A stretch of DNA of 64,000 nt from Rhina ancylostomus (Eukaryota). The notes beneath the pieces were generated by a model. That model was not told the origin of the DNA, did not search any database, and saw only the letters and a list, made by a program, of their open reading frames with translations. How positions within the stretch are numbered: position 1 is the first letter of the stretch; every line of letters starts with the position of its first letter. The stretch spans positions 14,313,333-14,377,332 of the forward strand of contig JARFYF010000058.1 of NCBI GenBank assembly GCA_030265395.1, written 5' to 3'. Positions 63,350 to 64,000 of this stretch are shown one piece after another. The translations under genes were made by a program, and so were the position numbers.

Positions 63350-63630
63350 GCCAGGGTCATTGAATCCTACAGCACAGAAAACAGGCCATTTGGCCCGACA
63401 TATCCATGCTAACCTTTTTGCCCATTTATGCAACTCTCATTTGCATGCCGTATTCTTCTATATCTTTCCTATTAAAGTGTCAAAATGCCACTTAAATATA
63501 GTAATTGTATCTGATTCCACCACCACCTCTGGCTGTGTGCTCCAGATATCAACCACTATCTGTGTAAAAAAAACTCCTCAGATCCCATTTAAAACTCCCT
63601 CCTCTCCCCTTAAACCTGTGCCCTTTGTCT
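63350..63630 (-). mobile_element. CR1-type LINE 3' end fragment
   Basis: TACAGCACAGAAAACAGGCCATTTGGCCC...CCACCACCACCTCTGGC...TCCAGATATCAACCAC; related to 5208-5670. Confidence 0.7.
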
Positions 63631-64000
63631 TATTACATGATCAGAATTATACCGGGCAGCATTCCCTATTCAATCAGCAGAGTGCTGTGCATGAAAGAAA
63701 AGCATCTTTTGGAAGCTTTAAATGTCTGATTATGCTCTGAGCTATAGGAAGTGGCAAACTGAGAGTACTCACTCCTTGTGCATTATGAAGTAGAGGATTT
63801 GGATATGCCGTGGACTCCAGGAGTTATTAATCATAAACTGATTCCCTGCATTGTTATTTTGCATTGCAATGATGGCTATTGTAAGAGGCACTTGAAAGTG
63901 GGTGATGCTAGATTTGTTTAGCAGTGGTGAATTTGTTTTGCTGCCTGCTGCCTGTTACAGAAACCTTATGGTTGTGGCTTTTCCCTTGTACTACCTCAAT

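Noticed and set aside
1-64000. Prokaryotic-type systems (CRISPR arrays, operons), rRNA or intact tRNA genes
   Set aside because: None seen. The DNA is intron-containing vertebrate sequence, the 33-bp repeat lacks unique spacers, and the B-box-like motifs belong to SINE heads.

Overview
Eukaryotic (vertebrate) genomic DNA with many N gaps. The repeat content (CR1/L2/Rex LINE fossils, DeuSINE- and V-SINE-like elements, Penelope-like terminal repeats) points to a cartilaginous fish; this is inference. The only protein-coding gene I can support is a complete three-exon MEOX1-type homeobox gene on the minus strand: CDS 57721-57259, 44004-43832 and 40501-40307, 831 nt, 276 aa, canonical GT-AG introns, CpG-rich first exon. 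The 40 kb downstream of it contains no recognisable coding exons, only decayed transposons and candidate enhancer motif clusters. The most unusual signal is a recurring family of short non-coding elements carrying hammerhead-ribozyme-like cores (CTGANGA...GAAA). They occur as fold-back (head-to-head) units, at least two flanked by 11-14 bp target-site duplications, and once as a 352-bp direct tandem. Other points of interest: a cryptic 33-bp/11-aa repeat, a near-perfect 30-bp palindrome in MEOX1 intron 1, an internally duplicated MEOX1 N-terminus, and a Harbinger transposase fossil. All family assignments come from recalled consensus sequences, not database searches, and repeat boundaries are approximate.
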